A DNA stretch of 63,130 bases, the filler included, from Folioceros fuciformis (Eukaryota): NCBI GenBank assembly GCA_049999805.1. It is 20 parts of 20 records of this genome, joined end to end, with 100 filler letters (N's around TTAATTAATTAA, not from the genome) between each part and the next. Parts side by side here need not be neighbours in the genome. Positions count along the whole stretch, not along the records: positions 43,538 to 45,816 come from JBNGIO010000710.1; positions 45,917 to 50,982 come from JBNGIO010000711.1; positions 51,083 to 58,362 come from JBNGIO010000712.1; 17 more parts are not named here. The stretch is one strand, 5' to 3'. This document shows, piece by piece, positions 45,438-58,462 of the stretch. Each line of letters starts with the position of its first letter. The stretch's first letter is position 1. A program made the translations under genes and the position numbers. The notes below the pieces were generated by a model. That model saw only the letters and a program-made list of their open reading frames with translations, ran no database searches and had not been told where the DNA came from.

Positions 45438-45816
45438 TGTGAACCTCCAAAGTTTGGGGTAGTAGTTTGTTTTGGTTGAAAAAGGGTAAATAGTGGTATG
45501 GTTTGGTTTTCATTTTCAACTTATTTTCCCTAATTTTCCTTGATTTGCTGGTCATTTTTCCTATTTTCTTTGTGCTAATTGGGTTAATTGACTAGGAAAT
45601 AGTTGGTTTGGTTATAAGAGTGGGTATAGGTTTGGTCCCAGACCTGGGAAGGTTTAGGTTCGGTACCAGGCCATAGGGTTGGGTGATTAGTTTAATATTA
45701 GTTAAAGATATATAATATTAAATGATTAAATAATAATAAATAATATAATAATGGTTTGAACATAGGAACGGGTATCTGGGTATGTCAGTGTCAGGGGTCA
45801 GGGTCTGACGATAGGC
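45438..45816 (+). mobile_element. 5' end of the high-copy long LTR, subtype B
   Basis: Matches 20183-20543. Confidence 0.9.
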
Positions 45817-45916
45817 NNNNNNNNNNNNNNNNNNNNNNNNNNNNNNNNNNNNNNNNNNNNTTAATTAATTAANNNNNNNNNNNNNNNNNNNNNNNNNNNN
45901 NNNNNNNNNNNNNNNN

Positions 45917-47381
45917 GTACTTAATACCTTCCCCTTCTCCATATTGAAACGTTGAAGCACCTTCTTAATGTATTCAGTCTGAGACAAGTACAACAAACGC
46001 TTCTGTCTGTCTCAACGAATACACATGCCAAGAATATGGCTTGCCTCTCCCAAGTCTGTCATGTCAAAGCGACCATTCAACTTTGACTTCAACGTTGAAA
46101 TCTCATCACTGTTCGTCCCAGCAATTAGCATATCATCCACATAGAGGACCAAAATGAGCAAGCTTCCATCCTTAGCTTGCTTCGTATAGAGGCAATGATC
46201 CTCATCGCTACGCTTGTAGCCTTGAGAAAGCATAAATGAGTGGAACTTGAAATACCACTCCTTGGGTGCCTGCTTCAAACCATAAAGGCTTTTCTTTAAC
46301 ACACTAGATTCTCTTTGCCCTTCTCAATGAAACCCTCTAGTTGCTGCATGTATACCTCTTCCTAGAGATCACCATGCAAAAATGCCGACTTCACATCCAT
46401 CTGGACAAGTTCCGTGTCGAGCCTCGCAACCAGACCAAGAACACATCGCAAGGTGGTCATTTTGACAACCGGTGAGAAAATTTCATCAAAGTCAATACCT
46501 TGCTGTTGCTTAAAACCCTTCACAACCAATCGTGCCTTGTACTTAGGTTTGCCATAATGGGGTATGTCCTTCATCTTATACACCCATTTGCATGGCAACG
46601 CCTTCTTGCCCTTAGGCAACCGAACCAACTCCTAAGTTTGGTTCTTGTGGAGTGAATCCATCTGCGACTGCATCGCTTCCTCCCACTTGTCCTTGTCAGT
46701 CACTGACATGGCCTCTTCGTAACAAGAGGGCTCCCCACAATCCGTCAGCATGACATAATCAAGAGATGCAACATACCTGTCAGGAGGACGTGAGATCCTT
46801 CCTGACCTACGAAGCCCGAAACTATCTCACGTCCTCGACCGGAGCGTACCATCTCACGTCCTCCTGACAGGTATGTTGCATCTCACGTTCGGGTTTACGT
46901 AGGTCTCACGTCCTCCTGACAGGTTTCGTACGCCTCGACCGGAGCTGGTTGCACTCTCTCCTCTTGTACAAGTGGAGGAACTTGTTCCTGCACATCACGA
47001 TGTTCAACCTGCGTAGGACGGTCAAATCCATCTTCTTGAAACACCACCCTTCGCACCTCCACAGTTGGAGTAGGCTTCTTGTGCATCTTGGTCTTATTGA
47101 AGAACACGTCATTACTGCGAACCATTCTCTTGGCCTCTGGATCCCACAGACGGTATCCCATCTCACCAGATTCACCATAGCCAAGAAAAATACATTTCTT
47201 GGACTTGGGTGTCCCGAAACTCCTTAGGAACATGGTAGTATGCCTCGCAGCCAAACACTCGTAGATGCTTGTATGACGGCTTCTTTCCAGACCACATCTC
47301 CTCCGGAACCTGCTCATCCACAGCCCTATTAGGAGATCTGTTAATAAGATGCACCGTAGTAGCCATTGCTTCGGCCCAAAA
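45917..47381 (-). mobile_element. Tnt1/Tork-like copia INT-RT fragment
   Basis: HLINRSP, YKHLRVFGCEAY, FDEIFSPVVKMTT, LKKSLYGLKQAP, LYVDDMLI. Confidence 0.9.
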
Positions 47382-50300
47382 TCATCAGTCTGTGGGGACT
47401 GTTGCGAGGTAAGCCTAGAACCCACAACTCCTGGTGTGCTAACAAGTTTAGCGTTGTCCAAGTTAAAACGCTTCAAGGTCTCATTTACATACTTGGTCTG
47501 ATGTAGAACCAAGGTGTGATTCCCACGATCCCTAAGCAGCTGGACTCCAAGTACAAAAGTAAGAGCACCAATATCCTTCATATCATACTGCTTGTGCAGC
47601 ATCTGTTTAACCCAATCCAGAAGCTCACGATTGTTTGAAGCTAAAATGGCATCGTCTACGTACAATGCTAAAATGACAATATGCCCATTTCTGGAGTAGA
47701 TGTAAACGTTGGCGTCTGTAGAGTTCTGGACAAAACCTATCGACTTCAGGTAAGCGTCGATTGTTTTATACCACTCACGGGCACTCTGTTTCAGTCCATA
47801 GATTGTCTTCTTGAGTCTACACACCCATGTTGGATGTTTAGGGTCGACGAAGCCCTCGGGCTGCTCCATGAAGATATCCTCCTCAAGCTCACCATATAAA
47901 GATGCAGTGGAAACGTCCATCTGCTCAAGATCCCAGTCACGGGCTGCAGCAAGAGCAAGGATTATTCTAATTGATTGTGTTTTCACAACAAGGCAGAATG
48001 TCTCCGTATAGTCCACTCCTGCAACTTTGGAAAAACCTCGAGCAACTAGCCTAGACTTGTATCTGGCAATCTGGCCTTGGGCATTCAACTTATGCTTGAA
48101 GACCCATTTACAACTGATTGCCTTTCGTCCAGTAGGTAGAGGGCACAACTCCCAAGTTTCATTTTGGATGAGCGAATTGTATTCATCCTGTATAGAGGGA
48201 ATCCATTTGTCCTTATCTCTGCCTGTGATTGCTTCCTTGTAGGATCTAGGTTCTGTAGGGTGCTCAGTAGAAGAGGAGAATACAATTGGTGAGTTGAGTG
48301 CCATTCTTGACAACTTGGGGTTTCTAAAGTCTATGGCCTCATATGGCCTTTCATGCCATTGATCCCTAGGGTTTCTAGTTCTGCTAGGATATCTACGCTC
48401 CTCAAGAGCAGGGACAGGTGGCTCTTCAACCGATGCCGTTGGTGCAACAGGATCAAGAGCCTCATGTTCATCGTCATCATCGGAAGATGCAGCTATGTCA
48501 AGAATATCATGTAAGTCTTCAGCTACTGGAAAATGCTCTAAATCATCAGCATCGACGTGCTCATCATGTGCTGCAAGAGGTTCAAGCTCATCATCTAACA
48601 GCGTATCTATCTGGTCTTGCAAAATAGGCTGTGTAGGTTGAACAGCAGTTACAGACTGTTGAGCAGCAGGAACAGGCTGGGATGCAGATGATGGGAATCC
48701 ACCCCCTGAACCACTTGCGGCTAGAGAAGCACCCCCTGAAGACGGAACCATGAAGATATCTTGAGGATACTCCGAGACAGCAGTGTCAAAACCATCTTCA
48801 GGAAACTCAGGAACAACAGAAGCAGCAGCAAAATGTGAAACTGCTGGTTGAGTGAGCTCTTTGAAAGTGACGCTGCGAGCAAATATGCAAGACCGAGAGG
48901 TAGGGTCATACAATTTATAAGCCTTGGTCTCTGCGCCATAGCCAATGAAAATGAGGGGCTGGGCCCGAGCATCCAACTTCTTGCGTTGTTCTGTAGGGAT
49001 ATATGCATAGGCTGGTGAGCCAAAAACACGCAAATGAAGAAGACTTGGACGTTGCTGCCAGACAACCTCAAAAGGAGTCTGCCCCTCGACAGAACTGGTG
49101 AGAAGGTGATTGAGAATATAGGTGGCAGTGACAACTGCTTCAGCCCAGTAAGCCTTGTGCAAATCGGACCATTGAAGCATGCTGCGAGTCATCCCTAACA
49201 AAGTTTGATTCCTTCTCTTAGCAACACCATTTTGCTGCTGGGTGTAGGGAACACCAAGCTAACTCAAGATACCGTGATCAGCTAGATACTGGTCGAAAGC
49301 CTGGTTGATGAACTCCGTACCGTTGTCAGATCTCAAACAGCGAAGAAGCCGACCAGTCTGCCGTTGCACAATGGTAAGCCACTCTTGAAAGACTGGAAAG
49401 GTATCTGATTTCGTCCTTATAGGGTAGGTCCAACAATACCTACTATAGTCATCGATGAGAGTAAGATAATAGTTGGACTTGCCAAGAGAAGAAACATGGA
49501 TCTTACCAGATATATCTGTATGCACCAGATCGAGAACATTCGATGTTCTGTGGGCAACAGCAGACGGGAAAGGAAGCTCTTTTCGTTTGGCAAGGACGCA
49601 AGAATCACATAAGGGAAGTTCTTTAAAGCACTTCAGCAAAGGCTCTCTGTAACATTCCGTGCTGGACATCTTAATAAGATTATTCTTATTAGCATGTCCC
49701 AAACGAGCATGCCAAAGTTGTGCTAGTGCTGACTGTGTTTTGGCAGCCACAAAAGCACTCTGAGCAGATTGGCAACATAAGTCCAATTGATATAAGTCAT
49801 CGACCAAGAGCCCTCGAGCAACAGGATCATGGGAACCCTTATATTTGATAGTGCAGCCCTCAGCTGCAAATGGAAGATCAAACTATCGAAGTTTCATCAA
49901 CTGACTAACCGAGAGAAGATGCTTGGCCATCGTTGGTACGTAGAGAACGTGATCCAAGTGAAGCATTGAGCCATCTTTGAGTCGGAAAGTGCAGGATCCT
50001 ATGCCGAAGATCATTAAACCTGTACGGGTAAGCTCATCTCCCAACAAAACTTTCTCATGAGTACGTGTTGGAGTAAAATTGCTAAGCAAGTTTCTGTTGT
50101 GACATATATGAGAAGTGGCGCCCGAATCCAAATACCAAGAGTCTGGCTCACAAACAGAGGTAGAATGGCAGATGGTCATCACTACAAGCTGCTTGCTAGA
50201 AGAAGAGGCTTGTGAGGACCTGTCCTTGGAAATCGAGTGCCTCAACCGCCTTCTAGGTCTTCTCGGCCTTTTTCGGTTCTCCATTTTTCTTCTTCGTGCA

Positions 50301-50982
50301 TTCGCGTTCCTAATGTCCTTGAATCCCACACCAATTGCAGGACCCGGTTCTCTTGCTTGGCACTGGCTTGGAAGCTCCAACGCCAGGTGAGTTTTTAGCT
50401 TTCCCTTGTTGTTTATTTTTATTTGAGTACAGGACCTTATCAGCTTTTCTTCGTCCATGCGTGTGTGAGCCTCGACTCTGCTCTTCTTGCAGTAAGGCTC
50501 CAACTACCTCTGTAAAGGAAATAGTGGGTGCATGTCCTAGAGCTGCAGCCTGCTGAGCAGCACTGAGAGCAGCACCATAGCTGGAAACAAAAGGCTGGTA
50601 ACTCGGGGGAAGATTGGTGAGAAGTTGTGCTACGGAATCAACCTCGTCCAACTGTGAGCGTAGCGAGATCAGTTGTGATCTTAAATGCCTGAATTTGGCC
50701 GTACTGACCTTCTCTCCTTCTTTCATCCGTAATGAAAAGAGTTCTCCTTGTACTGTACAGAGTGTGATGATATTTCTCACATCATACGCCTGTGATAATT
50801 GTCTCCAGATGTCCTCCGCCTTAAGTAGGTAAGCCACATCAGGAACAAGCACCGCATCTAACCCACTGATGAGAAGGGCACGAGCAACATTATTGGCGTT
50901 GGCCCACCTGTCCTTGTCATCCTGTGTGGCGTTGATGGGAGGTTCGGGTATCTGTCCAGTAACAACCATCCAAACGTGTCTG
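47382..50982 (-). mobile_element. Copia gag-PR-INT-RT, decayed, related to 5993-9835
   Basis: CNWCGIQGH, WYLDSGATSH, LWHARLGH, SDNGTEF, LYVDD. Confidence 0.95.
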
Positions 50983-51265
50983 NNNNNNNNNNNNNNNNNN
51001 NNNNNNNNNNNNNNNNNNNNNNNNNNTTAATTAATTAANNNNNNNNNNNNNNNNNNNNNNNNNNNNNNNNNNNNNNNNNNNNCGACTCACCAGAGCAACA
51101 CCTTGGCTCACAGAGATTCCTCCTCCCTCCCTGTTGTGTGTCTGCTGGACCAGCAGCCAGCAGCCGGCAGCCAGCCCTCTTCTCTGCTGCCTGCTGCCGC
51201 CCCACTTAACTCAAGGCTGCTGCTGTACACGCTCTGTGTACATACACGCTATAGACGTCTACTAG

Positions 51266-51273
51266 ATGCATGC

Positions 51274-51304
<31 letters not shown>

Positions 51305-51334
51305 TGTATGCATGCATGCATGCATGCATGCATG
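51266..51334. repeat. Compound (TATG)n/(CATG)n microsatellite
   Basis: Direct reading. Confidence 0.95.
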
Positions 51335-52124
51335 TGTGTGAATTAAATAGGTGCGATGTACAGTGACATGTACGCGAATTAATGCAAAACTGGCAGCTTC
51401 GTGTAGCGGGGATTCGCGTATCTCGTCTCCCTCCATTTGCATATGCGCGGGTTATTACAAAGGCTCCATCGGTAAGGCGTCCGGGGCGGGCTGTACCGGT
51501 GGGGCGGCCTGGATTGGGCCGATTGGCCACCACCCGCCTGCACCAAAGCAGCACAAGCACAGTATAGTATAAGGCTGGCAAGGCGCAGGCAGGCCACCTG
51601 ATCGAAGCTGACTCCCATGAGCCTCACACACACACCCCGCATACACAGTAGTACACACTCTGTACGTCTACTGTATACCCTGCTACGTACCTGCTCAGTA
51701 CAGTATTTTGTACCGTCCAGAGACTTGGGTCCACTGCACTCCAGCTGCTGGTTAAGGGCAAGCCAGACCTTGTGCCGTGCCTTATCTCTTCCGTTCTGTT
51801 CAAGGGCAGGGGGCCGTTGCACCGTCGCCCTCGGATTCCGTCTCCTTACTTTTACTGCCCGGGAAACCAAGCTGGGGGCTTGGGGAAACAGGCCAAACAA
51901 AAGCGTCTAGACGGGGCTAGAGTGGAGTAAAAATTGGGGTCCCATCATGTACCCACATGTGGCATGAGACCATGGGACCAGGGAGGCATCCGGAAGCCCA
52001 CACGCACTGATTACATCCAGGCTTTCATCGTCAGTGCGCCTTCCTTCAGGTACTCGGTTACGACACCAAGAATTCTACCTGCGTCCAACCGTCCAACAGC
52101 CCTACTCTACTGATCACACCCACA

Positions 52125-53666
52125 TCAGCGGCTGTAGTCCTTCAGGTCGTTCACTCTCTCCACAATGGCAGTGTCCACCAGACATTCCTCAGGGCTCAAG
52201 GGAGGCAGGTCTCTCAACTTACGCTGGAGGTTGTGTTTGTGCCACTCCGATTTGAAATGCTCCCGATACTCCTTCGTATCTCCTACATCTGCGTCGCAGA
52301 CTTTGCACCTCTGTTGCTTCCCCGATAGGACACCTTTGGACCTTCTAGCTGTGGAAGAGATGGTGCTCGTGCTCGTGCTCGTGGCACTGGAGTCCCTATA
52401 TTCAGGTTTGCTGGACCCTGTGATTGCATCCAGTTCCTCACGATTGAGTGTAGGTCCCTCTGCTAGGGACAGAGATCTGAGTGCTCGTCTCTCGGTCGCA
52501 TCATCACCATAGTCATCCAATCTTGCATCCCCCTCCTTCTGCACTGCCACAGACATGACATCTATCCGCCCCTTGAGCTCCGTCGTCAGTGCATCCAATT
52601 CACGAAACCTGCCAGGCTCCAACTCGCAAACCTGAAAATCCAAAACACAGTTATCCAAAACACTGAGCAGGCAAATGGCATGCCACTCACACACACGCTG
52701 CATGAACACTGGCTTTCATCATACCAGGATGAGAGAAGTTGATGCTTCCGTGGAATCGATGCGAGCATCCCAAGCACTCAACCTTTCCTCCAACCTTTGC
52801 CGTTCCTCCAGAGGAACAACCAGCCGGAGCTTCATCCGTGCCCTAGTGATGGGAAACTTCTTCTGTAACACGGGAATCACTTCCAATGCCTGAACGAACA
52901 TCCACATCCCCCACATTCAGTCATCCATCACGATCCACACACGTAACTCCTCCACACCATAACACGGAAATGCTCCTCACTCACCTGCTGCTTTGAGCTT
53001 CTGTGCGGATCAACTGCAAAGTGGACATCCTTCAGCAGACGTTCTACCATACTGATAGTGTACGGCCGCTGCGTCTCTGGATTCACTGTTTTCTCCATCA
53101 CAATCATCGCGATGTCCCGAAACTGGTTGGTAAATTTCGATTCTCGCTCTTTATCAGCAACCTGGACTTCGCCAGTGTTCAAAATCTGCACCACACATCA
53201 TCAAGTGTCAAAACACAAACCCCAGGCTGAGCAAGCACCCCGATGACAAGCTGCTCAACAATTAGGGCACAGCAGTTTGCACTAGAATCCAAACACACAG
53301 CTCCACCTCCAAGCAAACTTTGTCTTCATCGCTTGTCCCAAACGCCTTCACCAAGTCCACCGAATTGGCTAGCACTCCCTTGGAAACATTGGCAAACACC
53401 GTCTTGGTTTGCAGCACCTCGTCAATGTCCTTTTCCCTGCGAATTTCACCGCAAAATCAGAACCTGCTCAGCAGCCACAGCCGCAGCCGGATGTCAGTCA
53501 CGCGCTCAGCACACTTCCAGCAACATTCTTACACTCCAGATCGCCAAGACAGCACTTTGTTTTTGTAACACGCCACCTCAAATCGCTTTCCACCCTTCTT
53601 GAGGCGCACCACGGCGACATTTGTTAGGCGCTTCTGCCCCACCGGCTGCTTCACACTTCGCGACAT
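52125..53666 (-). CDS. SBDS: Ribosome maturation factor SBDS/Sdo1 with the plant-type C-terminal C2H2 zinc finger, 378 aa, intact
   Basis: Exons 53666-53533, 53436-53307, 53185-52985, 52889-52725 and 52631-52125 (1137 nt), with GT-AG introns of 96, 121, 95 and 93 nt. [66 protein letters not shown]. Confidence 0.97.
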
Positions 53667-55853
53667 CTTGCGCTGGGCCAAATCCCTGCAATCACGGGTA
53701 GAGAGAAAATACGGAACCTTGATACGAGATTCTTGACTTCCCGGTTAAAGGCAGCGGAGAGGAGCCTATAAACAGGTTCCAAAGCGACTCCGAATCCCGC
53801 ACCGCTTCAGTTCAATTTACATCAAAGCAACCAAGCAAGGGAGAGCAATCAACCAGGAAATGTGATAAAACAAGTCCCGAGTTTCACAACATACTATATA
53901 TATATCCCTTAAGCCCTTAGCTCACGCATGGAATACCGATATTGTCACGTTGGCTTTTACATAAAGTTTTCCTGTATATGGTACAAAATTTTGGAAGTAA
54001 CATATCTTCCCCTTCGATGGCAGGGTGCCATCTATGTGTCCCAATTGGGACACCTAGATTGTGATAATACTTTCTCCCTCACATGTTTGGATCCATCTCT
54101 CTCCACTTACAGTCATTCACTTTCTTTTCTGTTAGGGTTAGAGCTTGTGAGTTCAGCATCCATCCTCGAGATGCAAGGTTTACAACAGACCTCAGCGTTC
54201 ACCATTCTATCTTCTATGCACACATCTCTCTCGCCTCCATGCACACCCCTAACCGGCCTCGCTTTCATTTCTGAGTTTTTGCCACTCCAATCCAAAACCT
54301 GTTGAAGGGGACGTCTCTTTTTGCCTTCCTCGCTATGCAATCACGTGGATGTAAGGAGGACAAGGGGGACAAACAAACAATAGTGGGGAATTAAATGCCC
54401 ACCTTTATTTCACAGCCCATGAGGGCAAGGCAAAGCTACATAGGGTCTCACCTCACAACACACACGCCCCTAAGGCACTGGACAGATCCCCCCCTCCCCC
54501 CATTACTACAGAGAGTGAAGGAGGCAAATGCCTGTCCATGCCCACGGAGTGGCCTATATATATATATGGCGATCCTGGCGAGGCCATCCACAACCTTGCC
54601 ATGGTAATGTACCAGGGGAATGGCGAGGCACCTAGACACCTACCATTGGTGGCGGGTGGTGGAGAAGGAGACCTCCCTCCCCTGCAAAAGGATGCGGGAG
54701 CTAGGAGGGGTAGGGATGGCAGCCCTGGCCTGGTCGAGCAGGGTGGAGTTCTTGCTGCCACCGAGGAGGCCATAGACGCTGAGGCAACGGAGGCAGGAGA
54801 GACAACAGCAGAGGTTATGGCGAGCATCGCAGCCGGCACATGGAACTGGGCTGTCGGGCAGCGGTTGCGAAAGACTGCATATGGTGAAAACGGCTAATTC
54901 CAGTGCTGGAGATACCTGGATGTCATTCGCAAGCAACAGCTGACAAGACAGCTTGCCCGACCTAGTTGTGTGGGGGAGGAACGACGCATGGTACAGATGG
55001 AGCTGGATGCGGTGGAGGCAAGTATTACCAGACAGACGAGAGGAGCGGCAGCGGGTGGGCGGGCCACTCTTGGAAGTGGTGTAGGGCAGGACGTACGTTG
55101 GGTGGGGAGGCAGACTGTCATTCGAGGTCCAATGTGCCCCCATTGAGGAGGGCGTGAAGGCAGTGACGGGAACTTTATTACTGAGAGCTTTGCTCTTTAG
55201 GAGAGGATGAGTATGAAACGCCTGTCCGTCAACAGCAAGGCGCAGCACGTGGCACTCCACGTCACCGCGCAGCAAAAGGAGGCACCCATGGAGGGAAGGA
55301 GGCGAACAAGCTTGTAGACGCAGTGCACGATCTGCACAATAGTGTCGGGTTGCTGGATTTGCTGGAAGAAAGCTTGCAAAAGCTGAGAGCAAACTTACGG
55401 GAGTGTGCAACAGAAGTGGAGGCTGCCTCCTACACTAGGGATAGCCAGGGGTAGGGATGATTGTGACGCTCTAGCATGTAGGTGTAGGAAGATCAGAGCA
55501 TGTGCACTTGCGGCACCAGAGGTTTGTCTCTTGTGGTTTTTTTTGAAGATGGTGTAGGCAGGTTAGTTGGTAACCTTGTGCGGCTGGCATCGTTGTTTGT
55601 TTTTGTGCACCTGTGAGTGCAACCTGGTTGTTCCTATGGCTTCTTGGGTGTGGACATGTCCACCCATCTTATGCTCTGTTGCTGGCTTGTCTGGTGGCTA
55701 GCTTCTATTTCGAATATAAGTGGTAGAGTGGATGTCCCTTTTTGTGCTGAAGTTTGAGAATGTGAGCAACCATTTCCTTGTGTTCTTGGACTAACTTCTG
55801 AGGGATAGCAAGCAAGCTTCTGGGACCGACTCGTGATCCAACAACTTGTGTTT

Positions 55854-56144
55854 TGTAGGATCGCTAGAGGAGCATGGTGAAGGAGAGGAGAGGAGGAGGC
55901 AAGGAGGAGGAGAAAGAGAGGTCACACTCTTACAATAGACCCTCATAATAGCAAGGGAGCTCAAGGAGGTATTTATACCCTCTAGAAGAACTCCCTAAGA
56001 AGCTTCACAAGAAGCCCACAGGAACCTACACAAGAAGCTTCCCACAAATTAGCTTAAGCTAACCTAAACTAATGATAATTAGCTAGACACTAATCTTAGA
56101 CTAAACACATTAGTCTAAGCACCTTGGGCTTTAATAACCCTACA
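55854..56144 (-). mobile_element. Solo LTR (291 bp) of a Tork-like copia with TSD TGTTT
   Basis: TGTAGG...CCTACA is flanked by TGTTT on both sides; homologous to 60101-60392. Confidence 0.95.
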
Positions 56145-58462
56145 TGTTTAACATTGTGAAGAAAGTGATAGGCATTGGTAGAAATCCTTGAGCTCATAAT
56201 AGTGACAGTTTCATGTAATCTAAATAGTTGCAAACATTCCGACCACAGGTGTGTGAAGTCTCAATGGCGTGGGCACGAACCCTACAGCCCATTTCATGCA
56301 AGTCATGGACACACAATGAGCTGCTTAGGTCGCACACCTTCGAACTCTTGGCGCAGGGAAGAAGGAGGCGGAGGGTGACAGGCTTGTCATACGTGTAGGG
56401 CTCCTCCTCCTTCCTCATGTCCTTGTGATGCACATAACCCTGATGGTGCTTGGCAATATTCGTTATATTGTGTCTTGCATATGGCCATATGGTGTTTGTG
56501 AAGGAATTGATTAATTGGATTGGCAATTCAGCTTGTGCAGGCCTAGGATTTGAGAAGACCATTCATGGAGCTGGTGAGAAACCTTACAATGTTCATTGAA
56601 GTGTTTCATAGGTTTTGCAATGTTTTTGATGTGTGCTTAGGGAGCCAAGGACTGTCCTCTGATGTCAAAGCTTATGATGTATCTTGTTTCCAGATTGAGT
56701 GGCTTGTGGCCGCGACTTTGCTTCTTGTTCGGTTACTGCAATAGCCGTGCGAGGTGACTTGTCTGCCTCATGCCTCCAATAGTTCAGGCTTTCATGCTCG
56801 TAGCCTGTGAATCGGTTGTTCATTGAGGACTGCATGTGGTTGAGTGTGGATAGGCAGAATGTGCGTAGGAGGTGGGGATGATGAAAATGAAGGCACCTAA
56901 TATGAAAGCAAAGCAAGGCAAACATTTCTTGTAACCCGGGACATCCACTTAGCATGCTTATACAGTTCAAGCATGTTCACTTCTCTCGTACCTTTGTTAC
57001 AGGTTAGTGTGAACGGTAGATTGCTGTACCAACAAACGCAACTGGATGGTTTGCGTGAAGACAATGAAGGCTATGCAAAGCTAGTAAATCCATCAACCCT
57101 AAACCTAAGGAGGAGTTGGAGTTGAATAGAAGGCAGGTAAGCTTCGGTGAACAATGTAAAACACTGGTAACTATGCTCAGTGCAAGAGGTGCTGATGGGA
57201 TAACTTGGAAAACAGCTCCTCTTGTGATGAGCACTATGAAAGTAAGTGCAATTATTCAATTCTTGAGAAAGTGTTAGGCATTAGTAGAGATCCCTGACCT
57301 GTGAGTAGTGACATTTGTGTATGTGCGGCTTATGTGTCAGGAACCATCTACCACAACAATTGTGGCAAACCATGGCACCAGACAAGGAAATTCTGTATGT
57401 GTGCGAGGTAAGTTTGTGGTGTGAAGATTGTCCACAGGGTGAAAGTGCCTTGAATCTTGGGCTTTGATAAAGCCCTATGTGGAGGCAGAAGCTGCCGTGA
57501 ACTTGAAATTTGTGGGGCTAATTTTTATGTGATAGTAGCAAAATGTGTTCCCTCATACTAAGGGAGTATCACCTATTCAGATTTTCATTCAATTTGCAAG
57601 CATCCCGAATCCAAAGTGTCTAATGTTGCAATGGTGGTGGGCATGAACCTTGCAGCCCATTTCATGCCACCTTTCAAATCCTTTGGGGGATGGAGGGAAG
57701 GAGGTGGAGGCTGGCAGGCTTGTCACACATGCAGGGTCCTCCTCCTTCTCCTTCCTAATGTCTTGATATTAACTGATTACCCTTCGATGCGATGTGCCAC
57801 GACGAACCCTAAACCCTTGGCGATGCAAGGATGGCGGTGGTTTTTTTTCTTGTGTGTAATGCGTACTTAAAAACATTTCGATGTTGTGCATGAACTCTTA
57901 AAAAAAACCTTCTGCGTACCCATCGGTCCACAACTTTGATGCATAGAGAAAAAAATAATAATGGTATACCATATTGAGGTGGGACCCGTGACGACGTGGC
58001 TATGTACAATACGAGCATCTATACTAGATTCTGAGGTATATTCACATATGAAGTATGTATTTGGAAAAAAAAAAACTTGTGTGTCCAACCACTGTCCCTA
58101 CCGGTATTCCATACTCACGATACCAATTCTCTACACTTTAAATACTTCCATTTAACACATCACCCTTATTACTTCATGCTTTATATTTTGTTAACTCAAA
58201 ATATTTTATTTTTTATATCAATTTTTTGATCAAATTACTTACAAGTATATCGTCATCTATAGGGCCATATCATGGCACGTGAGACAAATTACAACATTTG
58301 CAACAAGAGGGTTAGTCTTTTTCCATTTGATACAGTCCTAAGGATAGTTGCCACCATCTTAANNNNNNNNNNNNNNNNNNNNNNNNNNNNNNNNNNNNNN
58401 NNNNNNTTAATTAATTAANNNNNNNNNNNNNNNNNNNNNNNNNNNNNNNNNNNNNNNNNNNN

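Noticed and set aside
46895-49201. 768-aa ORF as a single protein
   Set aside because: It reads across a junction of two copia families, partly out of frame.
54538-55410. Gene upstream of SBDS
   Set aside because: There are coding-like patches behind a (TA)n box, but multiple stops and no consistent splice model or family.
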